Source: Candidatus Pelagibacterales bacterium
GTDB taxonomy: Bacteria > Pseudomonadota > Alphaproteobacteria > Rickettsiales > UBA1997
Direction: 5' to 3'
Length of the DNA: 35,850 nt
Assembly (NCBI GenBank): GCA_016882165.1
Contig: VHBV01000001.1
Span: 1-35,850 of the forward strand
Position 1 is the first letter of the stretch. Every line of letters begins with the position of its first letter. The translations under genes and the position numbers were made by a program. This document shows positions 10,126-20,015 of the stretch, one piece after another. The notes beneath the pieces are model-generated. The model did no database searches and was not told where the DNA came from. It saw only the letters and a program-made list of their open reading frames with translations.

Positions 10126-10152
10126 AAAAAAGTCGGGTTTTTAAAACCCGAC
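10126..10152 (-). terminator. Rho-independent terminator downstream of the histidine kinase gene
   Basis: On the minus strand, the stem gtcgggtt/aacccgac is followed by tttttt. Confidence 0.55.
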
Positions 10153-10253
10153 CTGCGCATTGGTTTGCGGGTGGTGGAAAATTATTCACATCAAAACGTC
10201 AGTTGTCATTCTGAGATTTACAATCAATTTAGTTCGGACAACATTAAATAAAA

Positions 10254-11015
10254 TCAATAAGGAAATTTAATTACAATTGTTGTGCCCTTATTAATTTCTG
10301 AAGTCACTTCAATTGCTCCTTTTTGCAGTTCAACAAGATGTTTTACTATTGGCAATCCAAAACCAAAAGAATCAACTTTACCAGAATTAGGGTTTTCAAT
10401 AGTTCCATATTTTTCAAAAGCAGTTTTAACTTGATCTGGCGTCATGCCAAAACCTTGATCGCAAATTTTTATTTCAAGAAATTTTTCACAAACCACCAAC
10501 ACAACTCTAACCTCACTATTGACCGGACTATATTTCACCGCATTTGAAATAAGATTGGTTAAAATTTGTTTAGTTCTTTTAGCATCAAGTTTTATTGGTG
10601 GAATATCTGAATCAATAATCATCTTAAAATTTACATGACGCAGCAAAGCGTAATCATGATTTAATCTAAGTGACCTTTTAATCAGATCAATAATATCAAC
10701 TTCTTTAGTTAAATTTACTGAAAAATTTCCTGAAGCAGCAGCCTTAACATCAAGCAAATCATGCACCAGTTCATTCATTTCTTGCGCTGCGTGATTTATT
10801 TCTTTCACATAATCAATCAATGCTTTGATATCAATAATTGAGGCATGATTATCAAAAACTTTTACCAATTCTTCTTGCAACGCATCAGAAAAACCAATTA
10901 TGGCATTTAGTGGAGTTTTTAACTCATGCGTAATTGCTGAAATATATTCAAAAGAAGAGAATGCTTCTGGCTTTTTTGAAAATTCTACAACTTCGTTTTT
11001 TGCATTTTGTTCCAT
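10254..11015 (-). CDS. Sensor-less histidine kinase (HisKA + HATPase_c only)
   Basis: It has the H-box ITHELKTPLNAIIGFS, the N-box LTNLISNAVKYS, DQGFGM, and the G2 box GFGLPIVK. There is no TM or sensor domain and no adjacent response regulator. Confidence 0.85.
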   Translation of the reverse strand: MEQNAKNEVVEFSKKPEAFSSFEYISAITHELKTPLNAIIGFSDALQEELVKVFDNHASIIDIKALIDYVKEINHAAQEMNELVHDLLDVKAAASGNFSVNLTKEVDIIDLIKRSLRLNHDYALLRHVNFKMIIDSDIPPIKLDAKRTKQILTNLISNAVKYSPVNSEVRVVLVVCEKFLEIKICDQGFGMTPDQVKTAFEKYGTIENPNSGKVDSFGFGLPIVKHLVELQKGAIEVTSEINKGTTIVIKFPY

Positions 11016-11137
11016 GTGTTAAAATGAGTCGTTAACAAGAAAAATAAAATAGGAACAAATAAGAAAGTTGATTTGGAACAAGAAAGCAAATTAGTAATAT
11101 AAAAGATTTCAATATATATATTAATAAAATCAATTTT

Positions 11138-12073
11138 ATGGAAAAACTTCACAACTTTAGCTATAAAAAGAACAGAATGCAGCAAATTAAAGGATTTTAC
11201 TATGCAGCAAGATTTAGAAGTATATCAGAAGCAGCAAAAATAATGAATCTTACTCAATCAACAGTAACTTTACAAATTCAATCACTAGAAAGAGATTTAA
11301 ATTTGCAGCTTTTTAATAGAAACTCAAAACCACTATCACTAACAGATGATGGAGTGGACTTTTACAAAATAGCTTGTCCTTTAATGCAAGAATTTGAGTC
11401 AGTTGTAGATAAGTTTTTGAAAGAAAGAAATCACATAGAAGAAAAAACCATCAATATCGCTGTTCACCACATCGCAATTTCTTATCTTATGCCCAAAATT
11501 GTTGCTTCTTTTAAAAAACTTTACCCTGAAAGTAAAATAGTAATAAAAAATATTTCACTTGATGACGCCACCCAAAGAATTAAAGACAATCAAATTGATT
11601 TGGCCTTTTACCCAGAATCAAAACACGATCCAGAAATTAAATATGTTGATGCAATTTCTTATGATCCAATTTTAATAATGAGCAAAAGTCATTATTTTGC
11701 CAAAAGAGAAATTGAGTCATTAAGTGACTTAAAAAAACTTGATTTAATCAGAATTGACCGCAATTTAATTACACTACCTTTATTTGAAGAAGTTGTAAAA
11801 AAATACAATTTAAAAGGCAGTGTTGAATTTGAAAATGGCAATTGGGAAATGCTAAAGCATTTTGTAAAAGAAAATGACTTTGTAGCTTTGGTTTCAACAA
11901 TTTGTTTGGATGAAAGTGACAAAAATTTGGCAGTAAAGAATTTGTCAAACTTTTTTCCTAAGATGAATTATTCTATGATGCATAAAAATGGCATGATTTT
12001 GAAAAAAATTACTCAAGATTTTATAGCTACAATCGATGAATTTGCAAAAAAATCAAAATATTCCACAAGTTAG
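11138..12073 (+). CDS. LysR-family transcriptional regulator
   Basis: The N-terminal wHTH reads FYYAARFRSISEAAKIMNLTQSTVTLQIQSLERDLNLQLFNR and is followed by a substrate-binding-like domain. An alternative start at 11177 (MQQIKGF) fits the family better. Confidence 0.88.
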   Translation: MEKLHNFSYKKNRMQQIKGFYYAARFRSISEAAKIMNLTQSTVTLQIQSLERDLNLQLFNRNSKPLSLTDDGVDFYKIACPLMQEFESVVDKFLKERNHIEEKTINIAVHHIAISYLMPKIVASFKKLYPESKIVIKNISLDDATQRIKDNQIDLAFYPESKHDPEIKYVDAISYDPILIMSKSHYFAKREIESLSDLKKLDLIRIDRNLITLPLFEEVVKKYNLKGSVEFENGNWEMLKHFVKENDFVALVSTICLDESDKNLAVKNLSNFFPKMNYSMMHKNGMILKKITQDFIATIDEFAKKSKYSTS

Positions 12074-12081
12074 GAAAAATG

Positions 12082-12115
12082 GATTGCCACGTCGCTAAAG
12101 CTCCTCGCAATGACG
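12082..12115. repeat. Family B element fragment (gattgccacg...ctcgcaatgacg)
   Basis: Direct match to the right-arm modules of the 14865-14969 element. Confidence 0.8.
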
Positions 12116-12228
12116 AAAGAAGAAAAAGCTTCTCCGGAGTGACAGTTAAACTAAAGTGAACATTAAATAATATCTAAAAGATAAGACTTGCAGTGATATT
12201 CTATCAAGAAATCTGAACAATATTATAA

Positions 12229-13545
12229 TCAAATTGTTTTTTCTTTATTAGCGGAAAGCCCATCAGCAGTAGGTGAAACTATAGCACTTTTTGGTTGATT
12301 TGTTATTTTTACAGCAGCATCAATTACCGAATCAAAAGCTTTATCAAGAGTTTCAGAACTTTCACTGGTGGTAATTCTTACCAACATATCTTTTGGTGAA
12401 AACATAAAGCACTCACCGGGAACTGATCCTAAAGAAGCTTCTTTTAATAACCATTTTGCAATATCAAGACCTGTATCAAATTTTTTACCATTATAAACTT
12501 TGTCTCTTAAGCCTGAAAAATCAATTAAATACACACCCCCAGTTTCTGGATTGCTTACCAAAGGCTTCACATAAGCTTCATTTTCATTTCTTTCTTCACC
12601 AAAAATTTCACCAAATTTTTTATTTAATTGAGAAATTTTATTTTTAATTAAATCTATATTTGCCAAATATTTTCTTTTACTTTCAACAAGAAATTCTCTG
12701 TTTTCCTGACTATCTTCAAGAGCTTCTCTTGTTACTTGCTCATTATAATATCCACCAACTTTCGAAAAATTTCTAATCAAATCTCCGTTGCCAAAACAAA
12801 AATTTGATGCCGCTCCAGAAGGCAAACCCATCATCTTTGATATGCTAAAAAATGTAATAGATCTGTCCAACATTCCCGGAACTCTAGCAATAGAAAAGTT
12901 TCTTTCTGGCGCAATAACATTACCCAAAAAAGCTTCATCTGAAATTACGAATAAATCATGTCTTTTTGCTATTTCAGATATTGCTTCAGCAGTTTCTTGG
13001 TTCATTAATTTTCCAGTTGGATTGTTTGGATAACAAAGCAATAAAACTTTAGAATTTCCTTTTTTTACAGCAGTTTCTAAAATATCAGGATTAGGAAGAA
13101 AACTTTCTTCTTTTGTGGTTGCAACTGTTTCAAAATCTATTCCCTTCTCTCTTAACTGTTGAAAATAATATCCAAAAGTTGGTGTTGGTAAAATGATTTT
13201 ATCACTACCGCCAATTCTTAAAGTTTCATAAACCTTAGATATTCCTGACAAAACTCCATCAGACAATGAAATATTTCTAGTTTCACAATTTATATTATTA
13301 GATCTTAAGAAATTTGAACAACTTTGAAGAACAGCAAGAGATCCAGTGGAAACCCCTTTAAATCTTTTGTAATCAACTTCAGTATTTCTAATTTGCTGCA
13401 ATACTTTTTCTGGTGCTTTAGCAATTGCTTCAACTGACGTTAAATCAAACCTAGCTTGTGAACAAGAAGGCAAAAAATCAAATGCTTCTTGATTTGGCAG
13501 CAATTTAGCAGATGGTATTGTATATCTTCGTAAAAGTGACTTCAT
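12229..13545 (-). CDS. Class I/II (AspC-like fold) PLP-dependent aminotransferase, divergent
   Basis: The LLLCYPNNPTGKLM motif, the VISDEAF segment and the FFSISKMMG lysine motif occur with the spacing typical of Aminotran_1_2. The usual Arg after the SxSK motif is not evident. Confidence 0.75.
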   Translation of the reverse strand: MKSLLRRYTIPSAKLLPNQEAFDFLPSCSQARFDLTSVEAIAKAPEKVLQQIRNTEVDYKRFKGVSTGSLAVLQSCSNFLRSNNINCETRNISLSDGVLSGISKVYETLRIGGSDKIILPTPTFGYYFQQLREKGIDFETVATTKEESFLPNPDILETAVKKGNSKVLLLCYPNNPTGKLMNQETAEAISEIAKRHDLFVISDEAFLGNVIAPERNFSIARVPGMLDRSITFFSISKMMGLPSGAASNFCFGNGDLIRNFSKVGGYYNEQVTREALEDSQENREFLVESKRKYLANIDLIKNKISQLNKKFGEIFGEERNENEAYVKPLVSNPETGGVYLIDFSGLRDKVYNGKKFDTGLDIAKWLLKEASLGSVPGECFMFSPKDMLVRITTSESSETLDKAFDSVIDAAVKITNQPKSAIVSPTADGLSANKEKTI

Positions 13546-13965
13546 TTAATTAAATTTTTTAGCTAAAATTGACAATCTCTTTTCTTTAAAAATTGCGATA
13601 TCTTCATCATTACCTTCTATAAATATAGGGCTTTTGTGGTTTATTAGATTATTAAAAAAACTTTCCAAATCTTTTAAATCGGACAAAAACAAATCAAAAT
13701 TTTTTATTTGTTGTTTAAAAAAAGAATTATCAAAAATTTTTAGGGCTAAAGTAATGTTATTGGTGTTTTTTTCATCAAATAATAAATTGCGATCAACATC
13801 AACCTTTGATATATAATCCATCAAAAATTGATTTAACAACTTTTTAGCGGTAGTAATTTTTTTGTTACTTTCAACATCTTCACTAAATTTTATCTCAATT
13901 ATTGAAATAAAATCATTAATACAATCTAACTTTATCAAATTATCTAAAATAAGTGAGATATGCAT
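13546..13965 (-). CDS. Hypothetical protein (139 aa), apparently co-transcribed with the aminotransferase
   Basis: The open frame abuts the downstream ATG with no gap (stop at 13546-13548, next ATG at 13543-13545). I recognise no motif. Confidence 0.45.
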   Translation of the reverse strand: MHISLILDNLIKLDCINDFISIIEIKFSEDVESNKKITTAKKLLNQFLMDYISKVDVDRNLLFDEKNTNNITLALKIFDNSFFKQQIKNFDLFLSDLKDLESFFNNLINHKSPIFIEGNDEDIAIFKEKRLSILAKKFN

Positions 13966-14031
13966 ATTACAATTAAAAATTTTAATATTAAGAACTATAA
14001 CATTGAAGAAATTTATAATGAATAAAACAAC

Positions 14032-14730
14032 ATGAAAATTCTGTTATTTTTAAATCAAGATATTCACGCTAAAAAAGCTTTTGAAATTTTGCAAAGCCAT
14101 CTACAAAAACATGAAGTTCAGTTGGTTTTGTCAAGTCAAGTTGGCAAAACACAAAATCTTTCATCAAAACTAATTCAACTTAAAAGCATTGAACAAGAAG
14201 GCGTTCAAAGTTTTTTTGATGCTTTAAAATTGCCAATTCTGCAATATCAAAACATCAATTCTGAAGAAGCTTTAAAAGATTTTAAAGAATTTGCACCAAA
14301 TTTAGCAATTTCAATTCGTTTTGGACAAATTTTTAAACAAGAATTTATAAATCTTCCTAAATTTGGTGTTTTAAATTTGCATTCTGGAATTTTGCCCCAT
14401 TATCGTGGCGTTATGGCAAGCTTTTGGGCAATTTTAAATGGTGAAAAAAATCTTGGAACAACATTGCATTATATTCAAAATGAAGGGATTGATAATGGTG
14501 ATATTATTGATTTTTCTCACAGTGAAATTGATTGGAATGAAAATTTTATTAGTAATGTAAATAACCTTTACAAAGGTGGCTGTAAATTAATAATAGAAGC
14601 TTTAGACCAAATTGAAAAAGATGAAAAAATTGCAATTACCAAACAACAAAGTTTGGGCGAAGGAAATTATTTTTCTTACCCAAAAGAAGAAGATTTAGAA
14701 AAATTCGCTAAATTGATGAGATTGTTTTAG
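14032..14730 (+). CDS. Formyltransferase-family protein (Fmt/PurN-like catalytic domain only)
   Basis: It has the LNLHSGILPHYRGV motif (the HxSLLPxxRG type) and a downstream GIDNGDII Asp segment. At 232 aa it lacks the Fmt C-terminal tRNA-binding domain. Confidence 0.75.
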   Translation: MKILLFLNQDIHAKKAFEILQSHLQKHEVQLVLSSQVGKTQNLSSKLIQLKSIEQEGVQSFFDALKLPILQYQNINSEEALKDFKEFAPNLAISIRFGQIFKQEFINLPKFGVLNLHSGILPHYRGVMASFWAILNGEKNLGTTLHYIQNEGIDNGDIIDFSHSEIDWNENFISNVNNLYKGGCKLIIEALDQIEKDEKIAITKQQSLGEGNYFSYPKEEDLEKFAKLMRLF

Positions 14731-14864
14731 ATGGTATCAAAATTGCGTAAAAACACTTGTTACAAACAAAACCATAATTGCAGAAAATTAATAATTAACC
14801 CAAGCAGGAATGGACTGCAAGTTCAGCCCTGCTAAGGAGTATTTTCTATTATGTCGTCATTGCG

Positions 14865-14969
14865 AGTAAGCCATCAGGCGAAACGTGGCAATCCACACTT
14901 AATAATCTTCATTAAAAAGAGATTGCCACGTTTCGCCTGATGGCTTACTCGCAATGACGGGGAAGGAAT
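14865..14969. repeat. Family B element with perfect 39-bp inverted arms and a 27-nt loop
   Basis: The left arm 14865-14903 (cgtcattgcgagtaagccatcaggcgaaacgtggcaatc) is the exact reverse complement of 14931-14969. Confidence 0.95.
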
Positions 14970-15095
14970 AGTGAATTACCAATTTTATCACAAATTAGCC
15001 ACTTGCAATTAAGCAGCTGTCACTTAAAATTGCGCGCTTTGTAAAATTCATTTTGTTCTAAACTCAAAAAATTTGTAGAAAGGTTTTAAAAATTC

Positions 15096-17957
15096 ATGGA
15101 AGAAAAGTTCATTAAAGTTGTTGGCGCTAAAGAGCATAATTTAAAAAACGTTAATATTGAAATTCCCAAAAATCAGTTGGTTGTTGTAACTGGTCTGAGC
15201 GGATCTGGAAAATCATCTTTGGTTTTTGACACAATCTATGCTGAAGGACAGAGAAGATTCATTGAAAGTTTATCTTCCTACGCACGTCAGTTTCTTGATA
15301 TGCAAGATAAACCAGATGTTGAATCAATTACAGGTCTTTCTCCTTCAATTGCAATTGATCAAAAAACAACTTCTCGCAATCCAAGATCTACAGTTGGAAC
15401 GGTTACGGAAATTTATGATCATTTCCGACTTTTATTTGCAAGAATTGGAGTTCCTTACTCTCCTGCGACAGGAAAACCAATTGAAAGCCAATCTTCATCT
15501 TTAATGGTTGATAAAATTTTGGACTTACCAAAAAAATCTAAAATTTATATCATGGCGCCAATAATTCGCGGCCAAAAAGGTGAACATCGCAAAGAGATGA
15601 TGTCAGCAAGAAAACAAGGTTTTCAAAGAATTAGAGTTAATGGTAAAGTTCATGATTTAAACGAAATTTTACCAGCTTTAGACAAGAATAAAAAACATGA
15701 TATTGAAATTATTGTAGATCGCGTTGTTGTATCTGATGATTTAGGAAATCGTTTGGCAGATTCTGTGGAAACTGCTTTAAAAATTTCCGGAGGTTTGCTT
15801 TTTGTTGAAATTGTTGGTTTGCCAGAAAGTCCAAAATCAAAACATAAAGTTGGTGAAGTTTTAATTTTCAGCGAAAAGTTTTCTTGTCCAGAATCAGGCT
15901 TTACAATTTCAGAAATTGAACCACGACTTTTTTCTTTCAATAGCCCATATGGCGCTTGTAAATCATGTGATGGACTTGGAACAGAACTTTACTTCAGTGA
16001 AGATTTGGTTATAGAAGATGAAAATTTATCCTTACGTCAAGGAGCTATCGCCGTTTGGCAAGGAGTTCAAGCGCGTTTTTATCAACAGGTTATGCAAGCT
16101 TTATCAGAAAAATATAAATTTTCTTTAGACGTACCTTTCAAAACTCTTGCTGAAGAAATAAAAAATAAAATTTTCTATGGCACAGGAGAAGAAGAAATAG
16201 AAATTAAGCATGAAGATGGGCTTAAATCTTTCAAAGTTAAAAAGCCTTTTGATGGTATAATAAACGGACTTAAAAAGAAATTCTCTGAAAGCGAAAGCGA
16301 ATGGGTCAGAGAAGAATTGGTGAAATTTCAAACTCTTAAAACCTGTTCTTCTTGTAGTGGAAACAGATTAAATGAACAAGCTTTATCAATCAAAATTGAT
16401 GGTTTAAATATTGGCGAAGTTAGCAGAATGTCTGTTGACAAAGCAAGTGAATGGTTCTTAGCACTTGATAAAAAGCTGAATACAACTCACCAAAAAATTG
16501 CCGAAAGAGTTTTAAAAGAAATAAATCGTCGCTTGGGATTCCTTAAAAATGTTGGTTTGGAATATTTAACAATTAATCGTGAAGCTGGTACTTTATCAGG
16601 TGGTGAGGCGCAAAGAATTCGTCTTGCTTCACAAATTGGCTCAGGACTTTCCGGTGTACTTTATGTACTAGATGAGCCTTCAATTGGACTTCACCAATCA
16701 GACAATGACAAGCTGATTTGCACATTGAAAAACTTACGCGATCTAGGAAATTCTGTTATTGTTGTTGAACATGATGAAGAAATGATGCGCGAAGCTGATT
16801 ATTTAATTGACGTTGGTCCAGGAGCTGGGGTACATGGCGGCAATATAATTTCCGAAGGAATTCCACAAAAAGTATTTAAAGACCCAAACAGTATCACTGG
16901 TCAATATCTAAGCGGCAAGAAGGAAATTGAAATTCCAAGCAAAAGACGCAAAATTGATCCAAAAAAAATGATCACACTAAAAGGCGCAACTGCAAATAAC
17001 TTAAAAAATGTTACGCTAAACTTGCCTTTGAAGATTTTTGCTGCAGTTTCAGGAATTTCTGGAGGTGGAAAATCAAGCTTAATTATAAAAACTCTTTATC
17101 CAGCTTTGGACAAAATTGTTAATAAGGCAAAAGCAATTCCTGGACCCTACGAATCTATTTCTGGATCGCATTTAATTGATAAAATCATTGAAATTGACCA
17201 GTCTCCAATTGGCAGAACTCCAAGATCGAATCCTTGTACTTATATTGGAGCTTTTACTTTTATTCGTGAATTTTATACTAATTTACCTGAATCAAAAGCA
17301 AGAGGCTATAAAGTTGGAAGATTTTCTTTTAACGTGAAAGGTGGAAGATGCGAAACTTGTCAAGGTGATGGACTAATTAAAATTGAAATGCATTTTTTAC
17401 CTGACGTTTATGTAAAATGCGAAACCTGTCACGGCAAACGTTACAATCGCGAAACTTTAGAAGTTAAGTATAAAGATAAATCAATCTCTGAAATTTTGGA
17501 GATGACAGCAGAAGATGCAGCTAAGTTTTTCGCTTCAATGCCTCATATTTATGATAAATTCAAAGCATTATGTGACGTTGGATTAAGTTACATGAAAATT
17601 GGTCAAAGTGCAACAACGCTTTCTGGTGGTGAAGCGCAAAGAATTAAGTTAGCAAAAGAACTAAGCCGTAAAGCAACTGGCGATACTTTATATATTTTAG
17701 ATGAACCCACCACTGGTTTACACTTTGAAGATATAAACAAACTTTTAAAAGTTTTACATAAGTTAGTTGAAGGTGGAAATTCAATTTTAGTTATCGAACA
17801 CAATTTAGACGTTCTAAAAACTGCAGACTGGGTTATTGATATTGGACCTTACGGTGGTGAAAAAGGTGGCTATATAGTTGCTGAAGGAACACCAGAACAA
17901 ATTGCAAAGAATAAAAAATCTGTTACTGGAAAATATTTAGCGAAGAGTTTGAAGTAA
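15096..17957 (+). CDS. uvrA: Excinuclease ABC subunit UvrA
   Basis: The 953-aa protein has two ABC modules ([18 protein letters not shown]; LSGGEAQR twice) and zinc-finger Cys clusters ([16 protein letters not shown]...CETCHG). Confidence 0.97.
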   Translation: MEEKFIKVVGAKEHNLKNVNIEIPKNQLVVVTGLSGSGKSSLVFDTIYAEGQRRFIESLSSYARQFLDMQDKPDVESITGLSPSIAIDQKTTSRNPRSTVGTVTEIYDHFRLLFARIGVPYSPATGKPIESQSSSLMVDKILDLPKKSKIYIMAPIIRGQKGEHRKEMMSARKQGFQRIRVNGKVHDLNEILPALDKNKKHDIEIIVDRVVVSDDLGNRLADSVETALKISGGLLFVEIVGLPESPKSKHKVGEVLIFSEKFSCPESGFTISEIEPRLFSFNSPYGACKSCDGLGTELYFSEDLVIEDENLSLRQGAIAVWQGVQARFYQQVMQALSEKYKFSLDVPFKTLAEEIKNKIFYGTGEEEIEIKHEDGLKSFKVKKPFDGIINGLKKKFSESESEWVREELVKFQTLKTCSSCSGNRLNEQALSIKIDGLNIGEVSRMSVDKASEWFLALDKKLNTTHQKIAERVLKEINRRLGFLKNVGLEYLTINREAGTLSGGEAQRIRLASQIGSGLSGVLYVLDEPSIGLHQSDNDKLICTLKNLRDLGNSVIVVEHDEEMMREADYLIDVGPGAGVHGGNIISEGIPQKVFKDPNSITGQYLSGKKEIEIPSKRRKIDPKKMITLKGATANNLKNVTLNLPLKIFAAVSGISGGGKSSLIIKTLYPALDKIVNKAKAIPGPYESISGSHLIDKIIEIDQSPIGRTPRSNPCTYIGAFTFIREFYTNLPESKARGYKVGRFSFNVKGGRCETCQGDGLIKIEMHFLPDVYVKCETCHGKRYNRETLEVKYKDKSISEILEMTAEDAAKFFASMPHIYDKFKALCDVGLSYMKIGQSATTLSGGEAQRIKLAKELSRKATGDTLYILDEPTTGLHFEDINKLLKVLHKLVEGGNSILVIEHNLDVLKTADWVIDIGPYGGEKGGYIVAEGTPEQIAKNKKSVTGKYLAKSLK

Positions 17958-18044
17958 TTTTTCTCTCTTCGTTATTTTGCAGTCATTACAAGTTGGTTTT
18001 TATCACTAAAATTAATCCCCTAAGTGGAGAAAAAATAAGTACTT

Positions 18045-18941
18045 ATGCTTGAGAAATCTTTAGAAGAAGCCCTTACATCTTGTGCTTCCTTAGTGCAAAA
18101 AGAAATGAAAAACCTTCTACCAAGAGACTTTGAAGATTCAAACTTGGCTGAAGCAATGCGTTATTCTATATTATCTGGCGGAAAAAGAATTCGTCCTTTC
18201 TTAACAATTATTTCAGCTCAACTATTTGGAGTTGATCCGAAAAATGCTCTTCGCACAGCTTCGGCAATTGAATTTGTTCACACTTACTCTTTGATTCACG
18301 ATGATTTACCAGCAATGGATAATGATGATTTTCGTCGTGGTAAATTGACATGCCACAAAAAATTCAATGAAGCAACAGCAATACTTGCTGGAGATGCTTT
18401 ACTTACTTATGCTTTTGAAGTTTTGGCCGATACTGAAACTCATAAAGACCCCTTTATCAGATGTGAATTAATAAAAACATTAGCAATTGCTTCTGGTTTT
18501 GGTGGTATGGTTGGCGGACAAATGATGGATTTAGAAAATGCAGCTCAAAAGATTAGTAAAGAACAATTAGCAAAATTACATCGTCTTAAAACAGGAGCCC
18601 TATTTGTTGCCTCTTGCGAGATGGGCGCAATTTTAGGTCATGCAAACACTCAGGAAAAGAATGCACTACGTTATTATGCTCGTGATCTTGGATTAGCTTT
18701 TCAGATCAAAGATGACATTTTGGATCATTGTGGATTAGATTTAGGAAAAACAGAAATTGATGAAAATATTCATAAAAAACCACAGGAAAATGCCAGTATA
18801 GTTGACATTGTTGGTTTAGATAACGCAGTAAAACAGCTAAATTTGCTTAAAGAACAAGCAATAGCTCATATCAGAGTTTTTGGTGGAAAAGCAGCTTTAC
18901 TTGAAAAACTAGCGGAATTTATTATCAACAGAAAAGACTAG
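18045..18941 (+). CDS. ispA: (2E,6E)-farnesyl diphosphate synthase / polyprenyl synthetase
   Basis: It has the first Asp-rich motif LIHDDLPAMDNDDFRRG and the second motif FQIKDDILD. Confidence 0.88.
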   Translation: MLEKSLEEALTSCASLVQKEMKNLLPRDFEDSNLAEAMRYSILSGGKRIRPFLTIISAQLFGVDPKNALRTASAIEFVHTYSLIHDDLPAMDNDDFRRGKLTCHKKFNEATAILAGDALLTYAFEVLADTETHKDPFIRCELIKTLAIASGFGGMVGGQMMDLENAAQKISKEQLAKLHRLKTGALFVASCEMGAILGHANTQEKNALRYYARDLGLAFQIKDDILDHCGLDLGKTEIDENIHKKPQENASIVDIVGLDNAVKQLNLLKEQAIAHIRVFGGKAALLEKLAEFIINRKD

Positions 18942-18944
18942 TTC

Positions 18945-19006
18945 TATACCAAATAAACTATTTCTTGATAGTTAAGTATACGATCAACAAATAGTTTATT
19001 TGGTAT
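18945..19006. repeat. Family C inverted-repeat element filling the ispA / pilin-like intergenic gap
   Basis: Arms tataccaaataaactatt... / ...aatagtttatttggtat. It is related to 3112-3284 and to the palindrome at 35443-35476, and may double as a bidirectional terminator hairpin. Confidence 0.75.
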
Positions 19007-19882
19007 CTAGTTTAAATCAATATTCCACTTTTTACTCAAATATTGCTCAACCGACTTTCTCTCTTCGCTTGTCAAAGCCTTCTTAAAAATAATAACTTCA
19101 CCAATATCACCTTCATAATAACTAGAAGTTCCCAATATAGTAATTCTACCTAAAGCAGCATCATCAAAAGCTTGAGTGGGTGAAGATTGACTTGGATAAG
19201 CTCCATATGGTATTAAAGTTAATTCTGCTCCATTTACATAATATTTTCTAGCAGAAAAATTAAAAACCACACTATGAATTCTTGGAATTATATTTGAATA
19301 TCCGCTTATATTTGCGTAATATCCATTATTTCTATAAGCCATCATAAGTTTAGTATCTGTGCTATAGCCAATGGTCAAATTTGTATTGTCCGGAGTATTA
19401 CTGCCAGCAATAATGAAATTATCACTATTACTTGCTCTTCTTTGTTCAACTATAAAAACAGTATAAGGTGAATTTGCCAAAGAAGTTCCATCAAATAATA
19501 AGTAATTCGAACTACTACTATTAAATCTAATTGCTGGTATACCATTGATAGCACTTTCAGTGTAAGTTGGTCTATTTATCGAAGTGCTTTGATTTGCATT
19601 ATTAGCAGTTGTAGTAATATTTGGATTAATATCATACCAAGTACTAATTTTATTACCATCAACACCTTCATCTTTTGTGAAACTTTTTTCTAAAGTTGGT
19701 TCAAACCAGGCCACTATATCATCTATTGATTTCACTGGGGAAGAAACCGTTAACGCTCTTGCATTATTTAATTTAGCTTTTTTGACAATATTTCTACTTT
19801 GTAAAACTCCAGCCATCAAAACAGCAATAACAACTGTAACAATTGAAATTTCAAATAAAGAAAAGGCTTTTGATTTTTTCAT
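19007..19882 (-). CDS. Prepilin-type N-terminal cleavage/methylation protein fused to a LamG/concanavalin-like domain
   Basis: The N-terminus MKKSKAFSLFEISIVTVVIAVLMAG has the class III signal (A|FSLFE with Glu at +5). The C-terminal GDIGEVIIFKKALTSEERKSVEQYLSKKW resembles the terminal strand/helix common in LamG-type jelly-roll proteins. Confidence 0.7.
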   Translation of the reverse strand: MKKSKAFSLFEISIVTVVIAVLMAGVLQSRNIVKKAKLNNARALTVSSPVKSIDDIVAWFEPTLEKSFTKDEGVDGNKISTWYDINPNITTTANNANQSTSINRPTYTESAINGIPAIRFNSSSSNYLLFDGTSLANSPYTVFIVEQRRASNSDNFIIAGSNTPDNTNLTIGYSTDTKLMMAYRNNGYYANISGYSNIIPRIHSVVFNFSARKYYVNGAELTLIPYGAYPSQSSPTQAFDDAALGRITILGTSSYYEGDIGEVIIFKKALTSEERKSVEQYLSKKWNIDLN

Positions 19883-19952
19883 TAATAATTCAAAATAATT
19901 TTGTAATTTTCTTACTTTTGATATTAAAAAGTAAAGCTATTGAATCTGACTT

Positions 19953-19987
19953 GTCATTGTGAATGTGAAAAATAGCAAGTCACAATC
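19953..19987. repeat. Decayed family B copy (gtcattgtgaatgtgaaaaatagcaagtcacaatcc)
   Basis: It aligns position by position with 1304-1339, and many of the differences are transitions. Confidence 0.5.
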
Positions 19988-20015
19988 CATATTGTGAAGC
20001 CAATATATTTTTAGT

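Noticed and set aside
11124-11139. Dyad ATAAAAT-CA-ATTTTAT as a LysR (T-N11-A) operator
   Set aside because: It overlaps the annotated start codon, and such AT dyads are frequent by chance in this composition. I kept it only as a note.
15000-15095. LexA/SOS box (GTTC-N7-GTTC) upstream of uvrA
   Set aside because: There is only a single GTTC, with no partner at the required spacing.
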